A DNA stretch of 32,000 bases, from the NCBI RefSeq assembly GCF_008000775.2, contig NZ_CP042905.2, positions 3,930,001 through 3,962,000 on the forward strand, given 5' to 3'. Both the position numbers and the translations under genes were made by a program. The notes beneath the pieces are model-generated. The model saw only the letters and a program-made list of their open reading frames with translations. It was not told the origin of the DNA and did not search any database. The stretch is from Promethearchaeum syntrophicum (GTDB taxonomy: Archaea > Asgardarchaeota > Lokiarchaeia > Sigyniarchaeales > Promethearchaeaceae). Shown here one piece after another: positions 1 to 7,602 of the stretch. The first letter of the stretch is position 1; each line of letters starts with the position of its first letter.

Positions 1-792
1 TACTACAAGGAATTATTAGAAAAACCCCTGATTACAGAAAAGGTAATCAAGAAGTTCGATGTCGATAGAGATATAGTTAAAACAATCATTGAAGATGCAA
101 AAAAAGATCATCGAGCAGTATTATTAAGTTATGAAACATCTCAAATCTTTGAAACTTATGGAATAAAAGCTCCAAAGAGCAGATTGGTTCAAACTGCAAG
201 AGATGCTGCAGAAATAGCCAAAGATATGGGATTTCCATTAGTTGCAAAGATAGTAAGCCCACAAATCATTCATAAATGGGACGTAGGAGGAGTCATTCTT
301 AATATAAAAACCCCTGATGAAGCAAAAAATGCATTTATTTCAATTATGACTAATGCAATACGATTAGGCCCTCGAGATGCGCGATTGGTTGGTGTAGAAT
401 TGCAAGAGATGATTATTAAAGAAGATAAATCAAAATCCAATGAATTAATAATCGGGATGAGCCGAGATCCAAATTGGGGTCCTATGCTAATGATTGGTTC
501 TGGGGGTATTTATGCTAACTATGTCAAAGATGTGGCATTTGATTTAGCGTATCAATTTGATAGAAAAGATGCACGAAAATTATTACATCAAACCAAAATT
601 TCAAAAATATTAGAAGGCGTTCGTGGTGAACCTGAAAGTGATATAGAGGGCGTTTTAGATATTTTAGAACGATTATCTCAATTAGTTAACGACTTCCCAG
701 ATATTGTGGAACTCGATATAAATCCTTGTTTAGTTTTTTCAAAGGAAGAGGGGTATTCGGCAGTTGATATTAAAATTACAATTAAAATGTAA
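1..792 (+). CDS. ADP-forming acetyl-CoA synthetase (NDP-forming acyl-CoA synthetase), C-terminal ATP-grasp part; 5' end lies outside the window
   Basis: Frame 1 is open from nt 1 (YYKELLEKPLITEKVIKKFDVDRDIVKTIIEDAKKDHRAVLLSYETSQIFETYGIKAPKSRL...), so the TTG at 184 in the ORF track is internal. The segments GFPLVAKIVSPQIIHKWDVGGVILNI, VGVELQEM and ELDINPCLV fit the ATP-grasp (beta) module of ACD enzymes as I remember it. The stop at 790-792 is followed by T8. Confidence 0.8.
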   Translation, partial: YYKELLEKPLITEKVIKKFDVDRDIVKTIIEDAKKDHRAVLLSYETSQIFETYGIKAPKSRLVQTARDAAEIAKDMGFPLVAKIVSPQIIHKWDVGGVILNIKTPDEAKNAFISIMTNAIRLGPRDARLVGVELQEMIIKEDKSKSNELIIGMSRDPNWGPMLMIGSGGIYANYVKDVAFDLAYQFDRKDARKLLHQTKISKILEGVRGEPESDIEGVLDILERLSQLVNDFPDIVELDINPCLVFSKEEGYSAVDIKITIKM

Positions 793-794
793 GA

Positions 795-802
795 TTTTTT
801 TT
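795..802 (+). terminator. oligo-T tract (T8) directly after the ACD stop codon; archaeal-type termination signal
   Basis: taaGATTTTTTTTag read directly. Archaeal RNA polymerase terminates at oligo-T runs. Confidence 0.45.
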
Positions 803-830
803 AGAATCACGATGGAGAAAATGAAAGAAA

Positions 831-1898
831 ATGAGCAAAAGTAAACCAATATTATTGTGTTCAACAAAAGCAGGGTCTGGAAAATCAGTTATTGCAATAG
901 GAATGTTCCTAAAACTAAAAGAAGAAGGTTTTAACCCAGGATACTTTAAAGCTATCGGTGATGCGATGGATCTCCGACCTAAAACAAAAACTGATAAAGA
1001 TGTAAATGTTATTACCGCTGTAGTTGCAAGGAAATTTTCAAAAGAAGAAATGTGCCCTCAATTTTTCAATCCAAGCTTTTTCCTCGATGAAATTCTTCCT
1101 GAAGAATCTCAAACAGTGTTAGAAAAGATAAAAGATCATTTTGAAAGCATGAAAGATAAAACCGATATAATTATTTTAGAAGGAAATCATAACATTAATC
1201 AATATTCAGCAATAAATTTGGACGATACGGTTTTAGCTAAAGAATTTGATGCGACCGTAATCTTATGCGCTCCAATAAAGGACGATGATGATATTAATAC
1301 TGTTATTTCTGCGTATAATTATTTAAAATTGAAAGATGTAAAAGTTATCGGTGTTATTCTCAATGGTTTATCTGAAACTGCATTCGTCCGAATTGAGAAA
1401 TATTATAAACCACTTCTTGACAAACGTGGAATAACAATTATAGGTGGATTGAAAAAATCTAGACAGCTTGAGAAACCAACAATTGCTGAAATTTTAGAAG
1501 CGGTCGAAGGAGAACTTATTTGTGGCAATTACATTACAGTGAAGAATAATTTAATTGATGGATTTATTATTGGAGCAATGGGTGCAGAATCCGCCGCAAG
1601 TTATCTACGAAAAGGGGTTAATCAATGTGTAATCACTGGAGGAGATAGATCAGATATTGCCCTTGCAGCTTTAAACGCAAACACAAATTTGATTATTTTC
1701 TCAGGAAATATTAGGCCCGCACCTCGAGTGATAAGTGTAGCTGAAGAAAAAGGAATTCCGTTAGCGTTAGCTCCTGGTGATACCTTTACAATTTCAGAAC
1801 AACTCAGAAAGATTCATACTCATATTCAACCGAATGAAATAGGAATTTGTCGCCAACAAATTGAAGATTATTTAGATTGGGACAAAATCCCGAAATAA
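831..1898 (+). CDS. BioD-like + DRTGG two-domain protein (stand-alone homolog of the N-terminal regulatory region of class II phosphotransacetylase; no PTA catalytic domain)
   Basis: ATG start. The N-terminal CSTKAGSGKSVIAIG is a P-loop-like segment of BioD/CobQ-type folds. The C-terminal VITGGDRSDIALAAL is the DRTGG motif. The ORF ends without a PTA_PTB-like region. Confidence 0.7.
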   Translation: MSKSKPILLCSTKAGSGKSVIAIGMFLKLKEEGFNPGYFKAIGDAMDLRPKTKTDKDVNVITAVVARKFSKEEMCPQFFNPSFFLDEILPEESQTVLEKIKDHFESMKDKTDIIILEGNHNINQYSAINLDDTVLAKEFDATVILCAPIKDDDDINTVISAYNYLKLKDVKVIGVILNGLSETAFVRIEKYYKPLLDKRGITIIGGLKKSRQLEKPTIAEILEAVEGELICGNYITVKNNLIDGFIIGAMGAESAASYLRKGVNQCVITGGDRSDIALAALNANTNLIIFSGNIRPAPRVISVAEEKGIPLALAPGDTFTISEQLRKIHTHIQPNEIGICRQQIEDYLDWDKIPK

Positions 1899-1914
1899 TT
1901 TTTTTTCTCTTTTT
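1899..1914 (+). terminator. oligo-T tracts (T8 then T5) after the stop codon
   Basis: taaTTTTTTTTctcTTTTTcg read directly after the stop at 1896-1898. Confidence 0.45.
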
Positions 1915-1953
1915 CGCTAAAAATTTTAAATAATATTTTGTAATTTCAATACT

Positions 1954-2268
1954 ATGGATGAAAAAGAATTTATATATGTTTTAAAATTACGAAATGATCT
2001 CCTAAATGATTCAAATTGGACGGAAATTGAGAATAAAATTGTTGAAGAGCATTTTCAAAGATTAAAAATTGATAGTGAGAACGGGAAAGTGATTTTAGCG
2101 GGAAGAACTTTAACAAACACCCCCGAAGGATTTGGAATTGTTATTTTCAAAGAAGATTCGCTAAAAAACGCAGAAGCTTACATGAATAATGATCCAGCAG
2201 TTAAAAAAAAGATAATGACTGCAAACCTTTTCCCCTATTCAGTCGCGTTGATACATGCTGATAAATAA
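1954..2268 (+). CDS. YciI-like small protein
   Basis: 104 aa. The pattern YVLKLR...EEHFQRL...GKVILAGRT...GFGIVIFKEDSLKNAEAYMNNDPAVKKKIMT...FPY resembles the YCII-related domain layout. A TATA-like TTTTAAATAA lies about 25-30 nt upstream, so the mRNA may be leaderless. Confidence 0.65.
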   Translation: MDEKEFIYVLKLRNDLLNDSNWTEIENKIVEEHFQRLKIDSENGKVILAGRTLTNTPEGFGIVIFKEDSLKNAEAYMNNDPAVKKKIMTANLFPYSVALIHADK

Positions 2269-2334
2269 ATGAAAATTATAAACCCAATGTTGTTATATTA
2301 TTTAAAGAGTAGAAAAAAAACTTGAGGAAAATCA

Positions 2335-4134
2335 ATGACTGAAGAGCAAGAAAATCCTGCCTTATCTGACTTATCTGATAAAAATGCACAGGAGAACATT
2401 AAATTAAAAGAGGAAATCTATAAATTAAACCAGGAAATACAAAATTTACAAGAGTTAAAGGACCGTTTGCCTATAAAGGAAGAGAAAATTAAATTACTTG
2501 AGAATGAAATTGAAGAAAAAATCCGCGAAATTGAAGCAGTACGAAGTGAAATTTTGCAAACTGAAGAATTAGAACAAAACATTAGGCAATTACGCGAAGA
2601 AAATGTGCAGTTAAATAATAAAATTATCGAAAGTTCAACCGAATACTCCATCTTACAGAATGAAAATAAATTATTCATTAATAAAATTGAAGCTCTTGAA
2701 TATAATAATGATGATAAAGACGAAACAATTGAAGAACTGGAAAATAAATTAGAGAATTTAAAGGATATTGAAGAAGAAGAAGAAAGTCTTAAAGAACAAA
2801 TACGCGATTATAAAGATAATGAACAAAAATTAAAAGAGAGAATTGCTGAATTAAACCAAGCAAATTACGAATTGATTGAAGCAAAAAAGGAGATATCTGA
2901 AGCAAATAAAGAATTAAATGATTTGAAAACAAAAATTACTTTAAAAAATACACGAATGCAAGAATTAGTCCGTGAATTAAAAGGAGCTAAAAACGCTTAC
3001 TTCGAATTAAGAAAAGAAATGGAAAGTCCTGATACAGGTGAGCATAATACAATATCTGATTTAAATAACACAATTACCGAGAACGAGATCACAATTGATG
3101 AATTACGACAAGAAATTAAAGGATATGAAGAAAAATTACAAGATATGATATACAAAGATGAATTAGAAAGAGTCCAATTTGATTTAGAATCTAAAAATAA
3201 TCAATTAAAATCGAGAGATCAAAAAATTATTGAAAAAGAGAATGAAATCGAATCCCTTACCCAATCATTTGAAGAAGAAAAGAATAATTTAAAGAATAAA
3301 ATTGAAGAATTATCAAATCTATCAAACCAAAACACAGATGTTTTGAATGAAATCCGAGAGAAAGATGAATCAATTCGAGAGCTTCAAATTCAAGAAGAAG
3401 AGTTTCATGAAGCACTTCTTGACAATGTAAAATTAACGGGTGAAATAGAAGAATGGGAAAAGAAATTTCTGGAATTAAGAACACAAAAAGAAGTCTTATA
3501 TGATAGAATAAATGATTTAAAAGGCGAAAATAATGGAAATATCGCCATAATTGGACGACTAAATGGGAGAATTACCGACTTGGAAAGTAAATTAGAAGGA
3601 AAAGATTTTCATGATGTTGAAGAAGTTAAAAGCCTCCAACTCACCATAGACAATTTGAATTCTAAAGTTCAGGAGTTAACAATTACATTGAGCGAAACGA
3701 ATGGAAGATATTTAGCAACCAAAGAACAATTAGATCAATTGTCCCCCAAATTAGTTGAACTTCAAGAAAAACATGATAATGTTAAAGCCCATATGATGCA
3801 AATCGAATTAGAAGCCCGAAATGAACGCGTAAATCAATCAAAAACACTTTCCGAATATGAAAGTGAAATTTCTCGTTTGAAAAACGATTTAGAACAAAAA
3901 ATACGTGATTTTTCCCAATTACAAAAAGGAGATAAGTTCAAAGACCAAATTCATAATTTAAAAAATGATTTAGAAGAAGCAACCAAAATGAATGATTCAT
4001 TGGCTGATGATTTATCTAAAGTAAATATCGATGTTTTGCTTGAGAAAAAGGAATCTAGGCGATTAAATGAAGAAATAATAAATTTAAAACGTAGAATTAA
4101 AATTTTAAGGCGGGATTTAATAAAAAGAAGTTGA
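2335..4134 (+). CDS. 599-aa coiled-coil protein, function unknown
   Basis: ATG preceded by GAGG about 12 nt upstream. E/K/L/N/I-rich heptad-like sequence runs from end to end. I see no TM helix, no Walker motifs and no Cys clusters. The C-terminus is a basic tail (RRLNEEIINLKRRIKILRRDLIKRS). Confidence 0.7.
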   Translation: MTEEQENPALSDLSDKNAQENIKLKEEIYKLNQEIQNLQELKDRLPIKEEKIKLLENEIEEKIREIEAVRSEILQTEELEQNIRQLREENVQLNNKIIESSTEYSILQNENKLFINKIEALEYNNDDKDETIEELENKLENLKDIEEEEESLKEQIRDYKDNEQKLKERIAELNQANYELIEAKKEISEANKELNDLKTKITLKNTRMQELVRELKGAKNAYFELRKEMESPDTGEHNTISDLNNTITENEITIDELRQEIKGYEEKLQDMIYKDELERVQFDLESKNNQLKSRDQKIIEKENEIESLTQSFEEEKNNLKNKIEELSNLSNQNTDVLNEIREKDESIRELQIQEEEFHEALLDNVKLTGEIEEWEKKFLELRTQKEVLYDRINDLKGENNGNIAIIGRLNGRITDLESKLEGKDFHDVEEVKSLQLTIDNLNSKVQELTITLSETNGRYLATKEQLDQLSPKLVELQEKHDNVKAHMMQIELEARNERVNQSKTLSEYESEISRLKNDLEQKIRDFSQLQKGDKFKDQIHNLKNDLEEATKMNDSLADDLSKVNIDVLLEKKESRRLNEEIINLKRRIKILRRDLIKRS

Positions 4135-4153
4135 AAGATGAAAATTTATCAGC

Positions 4154-5596
4154 TTATTTTAACTTGTAAGAACTTTTTCTTTTTTTCCCATCATATCTCG
4201 GAGCAGAATAGGTTGAATCAGTAAATTTATAAATTGCATCAATTTTTTTCCCGTTTGTAGGTTGATCAACCGAGATTGTTATAATTATCGGTTTTTCTTC
4301 AGTGGCTCTTCTTGTTATTTTGATAGTCTCTCCATTGTATCGAATATCTCTAACAATCTGATTAAAATATGTCTCATGTTTTCCATCAGCACTCATAACA
4401 ATAACTTTATCCCCCAATTTTAATGTTCCATTATTTAATTCAACTTTTGCCACACCCGTTGGGTGATATGTGAGAATTTTTCCCATCTCTATATACCTAA
4501 AATGACTCACATTAGCAGGGCTATTTAATTGTGAATCCTTTATTGTAGCTTGATTAAAATAAAAACCAGTTGTAAATCCCCGATTATATACTCTTTTTAA
4601 TTGAGTTATCCATTTTTCCTTCTGCAATTTCTGTTTAAAAACTCCATTATAATAAGCATCAATCGCTTCTCGGTAAACTCGACTTACAGTTTCAACATAA
4701 TGAGGATGCCTCATTCTCCCTTCAATTTTAAAACTAACAATTCCCGATTCAATTAAATCCGGGATATAATTTATCATACAGAGGTCTCTCGAATTGAATA
4801 TTCTCTTGCCGTCATAAATAAATTCGTGAGAATCTGATGCAATAAGTTTCCATTCTCTTCTACAAGGTTGAGTACACTTTCCCCGATTGGCAGATTGTTC
4901 CTGACTTCCTGATAGAGTTTGACTGAGATAACACCTTCCTGAAATTGAAGAACACATTGCTCCATGAATGAATGCTTCAATTTGAGTACTTTTCATCTTT
5001 TTAGTGATTTCTTTTATTTGTTTTAATGAACATTCCCTGGCGAGAACAATGCGTTCTGCCCCAATATCTTCGTAAAACTTTGCAGATTGTGAATTTGATA
5101 CATTGCATTGAGTAGAGATATGGAACTGGATTCCAATTTTCTTCGCAATTTGAATTGCTGCTAAATCATGAACAATTACTGCGTCAATTTCTGCATCCTT
5201 GGCAGCTTGAATCACCTTTTCCAATTCTGTAATTTCATCTTCATATATTACAACATTGGTTGTAAGATATGTTTTCCGTTTTCGAAATGAAGGATTTGAG
5301 GGATTATGACACAAATTTGCGATTTTAGGTAAAGATTCGATGGGGAAATTGTCTGCATTCATTCGCATGTTGAAACTATTAACCCCAAAATAAACTGCGT
5401 CTGCATAAGGTCCCGAAGCTTTTATCGCCATGAAATTTTTAGCAGGTGCTAACAATTCGACTTGAACTGGATTTTTTTTTTCATTTTCTAACATTAATAC
5501 AAATAATATAAAGAAAAGGGAAATGAAAAATTTTATCTGTATGAATGCAACAGAGAGATTAAAAATTATTAAACCTAAGTTAAATTGAGATTTCAT
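4154..5596 (-). CDS. peptidase U32 family protein (collagenase-like / RlhA-TrhP-type family)
   Basis: IEAFIHGAMCSSISGRCYLS matches the U32 signature pattern E-x-F-x-H-G-A-[LIVM]-C-x4-G-x-C-x-[LIVM]-S. VELLAPAKN is typical of U32 N-termini. The first 34 codons are hydrophobic, AT-rich and overlap the divergent gene, so the real start is probably the ATG at 5494 (MLENEKKNPVQVELLAP). Confidence 0.85.
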   Translation of the reverse strand: MKSQFNLGLIIFNLSVAFIQIKFFISLFFILFVLMLENEKKNPVQVELLAPAKNFMAIKASGPYADAVYFGVNSFNMRMNADNFPIESLPKIANLCHNPSNPSFRKRKTYLTTNVVIYEDEITELEKVIQAAKDAEIDAVIVHDLAAIQIAKKIGIQFHISTQCNVSNSQSAKFYEDIGAERIVLARECSLKQIKEITKKMKSTQIEAFIHGAMCSSISGRCYLSQTLSGSQEQSANRGKCTQPCRREWKLIASDSHEFIYDGKRIFNSRDLCMINYIPDLIESGIVSFKIEGRMRHPHYVETVSRVYREAIDAYYNGVFKQKLQKEKWITQLKRVYNRGFTTGFYFNQATIKDSQLNSPANVSHFRYIEMGKILTYHPTGVAKVELNNGTLKLGDKVIVMSADGKHETYFNQIVRDIRYNGETIKITRRATEEKPIIITISVDQPTNGKKIDAIYKFTDSTYSAPRYDGKKRKSSYKLK

Positions 5597-6610
5597 TTGA
5601 CACTTGATTGGACCTTCAGCTTTGTGAAAATTAATCCAAATTTGAAAAATAAACCCGTGATTGAATTATTATGCACTTTTCACAATGGAAGAACTCAGAT
5701 TGTTGCATATCAGAACATTAATCCTAATCCCATTAAGCAAATGGAAAATGTAATGATGCTACTTTCATATATTGCTTTTTTTCCTCAAAAAGATTTTAAT
5801 AAAATTAAACTGGAAACTTCGGGAAATAAACACGCAGTACATTTTTTGGATAAACGGTTTCTTTTAAAAGATGGATTTCTAGGAATCCTTAGTGTTAGTG
5901 AATATGATACCCCTAATATATATTCAGGACCCGGTACAGAAGAAATGATGGCAGAATATATATTCGATTATTATTTTGATTTAAGGAAAGAAGGTCCAAT
6001 TGATATTCCAGAATTTCAGAAATGGATAGAATCTCAGATACTTGATTTCTACATCGATTGGGCGGATTCAAAGAAAGAATTCATAGCAGAATCCCAAGGA
6101 AAAAATATTGAAATCAAGAAGACCCAAGAAATATTTGAAGAATGGCGAGATTTGCAGCTTATTAATGAATATGGCCAACCTTTGACTGATTTAATCTCAT
6201 TCATAAACGATAAATCTTTTTTATTTTATAGCGAATCGGAAGCAATTGCCCAAAATTTAGAATCAATGAGTCTTTCTGCCTTAAAACTTCTAATCGATCA
6301 ACAAGGTGGTTGGGATATTCGATATTTGAAGATGAGGCAAAGAAACTTAATGGGATTTCAGTATGTATTTTTTGAGAAATTTGAAATTCGAGGAACAAAA
6401 TACTTATTAATAATGAACTCAGCCCTATATGACATAAAAAAGGGGGTTTGTTTACAAGCGTTCAGAGGAGACGAAATTGGCATCTTAGAAAACATTTCTA
6501 ACAAATTACAGCAGAATAGTTCGTTTTTTATGGAAAATGGTCAAATAGTCAGAGAGTATAAAGAAGCAATTCAAGAAGTCATATTTAAAAATTACGGATC
6601 ATCACATTAG
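5585..6610 (+). CDS. hypothetical protein (up to 341 aa), no family recognised
   Basis: Long ORF with normal composition. The start is ambiguous: TTG 5585 (overlaps the U32 start), GTG 5624, GTG 5657, and the first ATG at 5741. I recognised no motif. Confidence 0.6.
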   Translation: MRFHLTLDWTFSFVKINPNLKNKPVIELLCTFHNGRTQIVAYQNINPNPIKQMENVMMLLSYIAFFPQKDFNKIKLETSGNKHAVHFLDKRFLLKDGFLGILSVSEYDTPNIYSGPGTEEMMAEYIFDYYFDLRKEGPIDIPEFQKWIESQILDFYIDWADSKKEFIAESQGKNIEIKKTQEIFEEWRDLQLINEYGQPLTDLISFINDKSFLFYSESEAIAQNLESMSLSALKLLIDQQGGWDIRYLKMRQRNLMGFQYVFFEKFEIRGTKYLLIMNSALYDIKKGVCLQAFRGDEIGILENISNKLQQNSSFFMENGQIVREYKEAIQEVIFKNYGSSH

Positions 6611-6645
6611 CTTTGAAAGTCAATCACCTTATTAATATGGTCTGC

Positions 6646-6687
6646 TCTAGTGTAACTAGATACTACCTCCCTTTTTTCTATTTTTTT
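6646..6687 (+). terminator. hairpin (TCTAGT-gta-ACTAGA) followed by T6 and T7 tracts, downstream of the 5585..6610 gene
   Basis: A 6-bp stem at 6646-6651/6655-6660 with a 3-nt loop, then T6 at 6672-6677 and T7 at 6681-6687, all read directly. Confidence 0.4.
6659..6672 (+). repeat. copy 1 of exact 14-nt direct repeat GATACTACCTCCCT
   Basis: Identical 14-mer to 6848..6861. It overlaps the 3' arm of the hairpin above. Confidence 0.9.
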
Positions 6688-6847
6688 ATTAATTTCGTAT
6701 CTCTAAGCATTTAATTTTTTAATATGTATAGAATTAATTGGAAATTTAAAATTTATTAAGAATAAGATAAGAATAGGAAAAAATATTTAGATTTTTAAAA
6801 GAATAAAGAAAAAAGTATAGGAAAGCAAAATAAACCTTCCAGAAAGC

Positions 6848-6861
6848 GATACTACCTCCCT
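6848..6861 (+). repeat. copy 2 of exact 14-nt direct repeat GATACTACCTCCCT
   Basis: Identical 14-mer, 189 nt downstream of copy 1, inside a convergent intergenic spacer. Confidence 0.9.
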
Positions 6862-7070
6862 CTATTTGCTGTTTCTATTAACAAAACAAGCATGACTGCC
6901 CCGAAAATCAAAGATTGTTGGTTTGTATGCTGTTCAGTCAAAACCGTAGGGGTGTGCCTTTCCTTATTTTATTGCGATCCTTATCTATATATAGAGCAAT
7001 CAGTTAATAAATTTTTCTCAAATTTTTATTAACTTTTGGTCCAAGTCCAAAAAAAATTAATATGCTTTAT

Positions 7071-7499
7071 TTAAGGCGATTTCCATTTCTTCACATAATT
7101 GTTGTATTTTTCTTCTATTTCCAGAAATTCAAGCTTTTTTCCATCTTTTATTGAGTTTAAGGCTTCTATTAGAATTTTTGTTTGTAACAATTGGAATTCT
7201 TGGTTTTTTAGATCTCCGGTATTTAAAAATCTGTGCGCCATCTCGTTAGATTTCAATGTATCTAAAGAATTGATGTTGTGATGATCTAGGAAATATCCTA
7301 CAAACACAGTACATAATAAAAGAAAAGGAACAAAAACAAGAATATAATTGAGCTCTATAGTAGGATAAGCAATTTTCACTAACATTACCGCATTTATGGA
7401 AGCAATTAAGAGCGAATAATAACTTTGACCCATTCTTAACCTGGATAATTGTTGTCCAATAAATTTTGAAGTAAAGATATTTTTAATTGAGAATGTCAT
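7071..7499 (-). CDS. small membrane protein (two predicted TM helices plus a helical C-terminal tail), function unknown
   Basis: ATG start. Hydrophobic stretches YYSLLIASINAVMLVKIAY and YILVFVPFLLLCTVFVGYFL. Transcribed divergently from the presenilin homolog. Confidence 0.55.
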   Translation of the reverse strand: MTFSIKNIFTSKFIGQQLSRLRMGQSYYSLLIASINAVMLVKIAYPTIELNYILVFVPFLLLCTVFVGYFLDHHNINSLDTLKSNEMAHRFLNTGDLKNQEFQLLQTKILIEALNSIKDGKKLEFLEIEEKYNNYVKKWKSP

Positions 7500-7602
7500 G
7501 AATTTCTAGTGCTATTTTTACTTATTTAATTTATTTAATACCATTAGCTAATTTTTTATTTACAAAGGATTCAATTAGGGGGGATGAATTTAATAATAAT
7601 AG

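Noticed and set aside
2418-2678. 86-aa minus-strand ORF inside the coiled-coil gene
   Set aside because: It is antisense to a strongly supported gene. It is a low-complexity F/S/I/L-rich mirror of the GAA/AAA-rich codons, with no motif.
3257-3484. 75-aa minus-strand ORF inside the coiled-coil gene
   Set aside because: Same reasoning: an antisense shadow ORF.
4774-4980. 68-aa ORF on the minus strand in another frame within the U32 gene
   Set aside because: It is fully nested in the U32 coding region, whose frame carries the family signature. The nested frame has no features.
5495-5596. Hydrophobic 34-aa N-terminal extension of the U32 ORF as a membrane anchor
   Set aside because: U32 proteins normally begin near the ELLAP motif. 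The extension is AT-rich and overlaps the divergent gene and promoter region, so it is more likely a mis-extended ORF. The longer coordinates are kept in the feature because I cannot exclude it.
6201-6398. 65-aa antisense ORF within 5585..6610
   Set aside because: It is a shadow ORF opposite a longer ORF, with no motif.
7099-7281. 60-aa plus-strand ORF opposite the 7071..7499 membrane-protein gene
   Set aside because: It is shorter and nested. The minus frame gives two clean TM helices and a proper ATG start.
7578-7583. GGGGGG run as a Shine-Dalgarno site for the presenilin gene
   Set aside because: It lies 20 nt upstream of ATG 7603, which is too far. The ATG that follows it immediately (7584) is in a frame that stops after about 13 codons.
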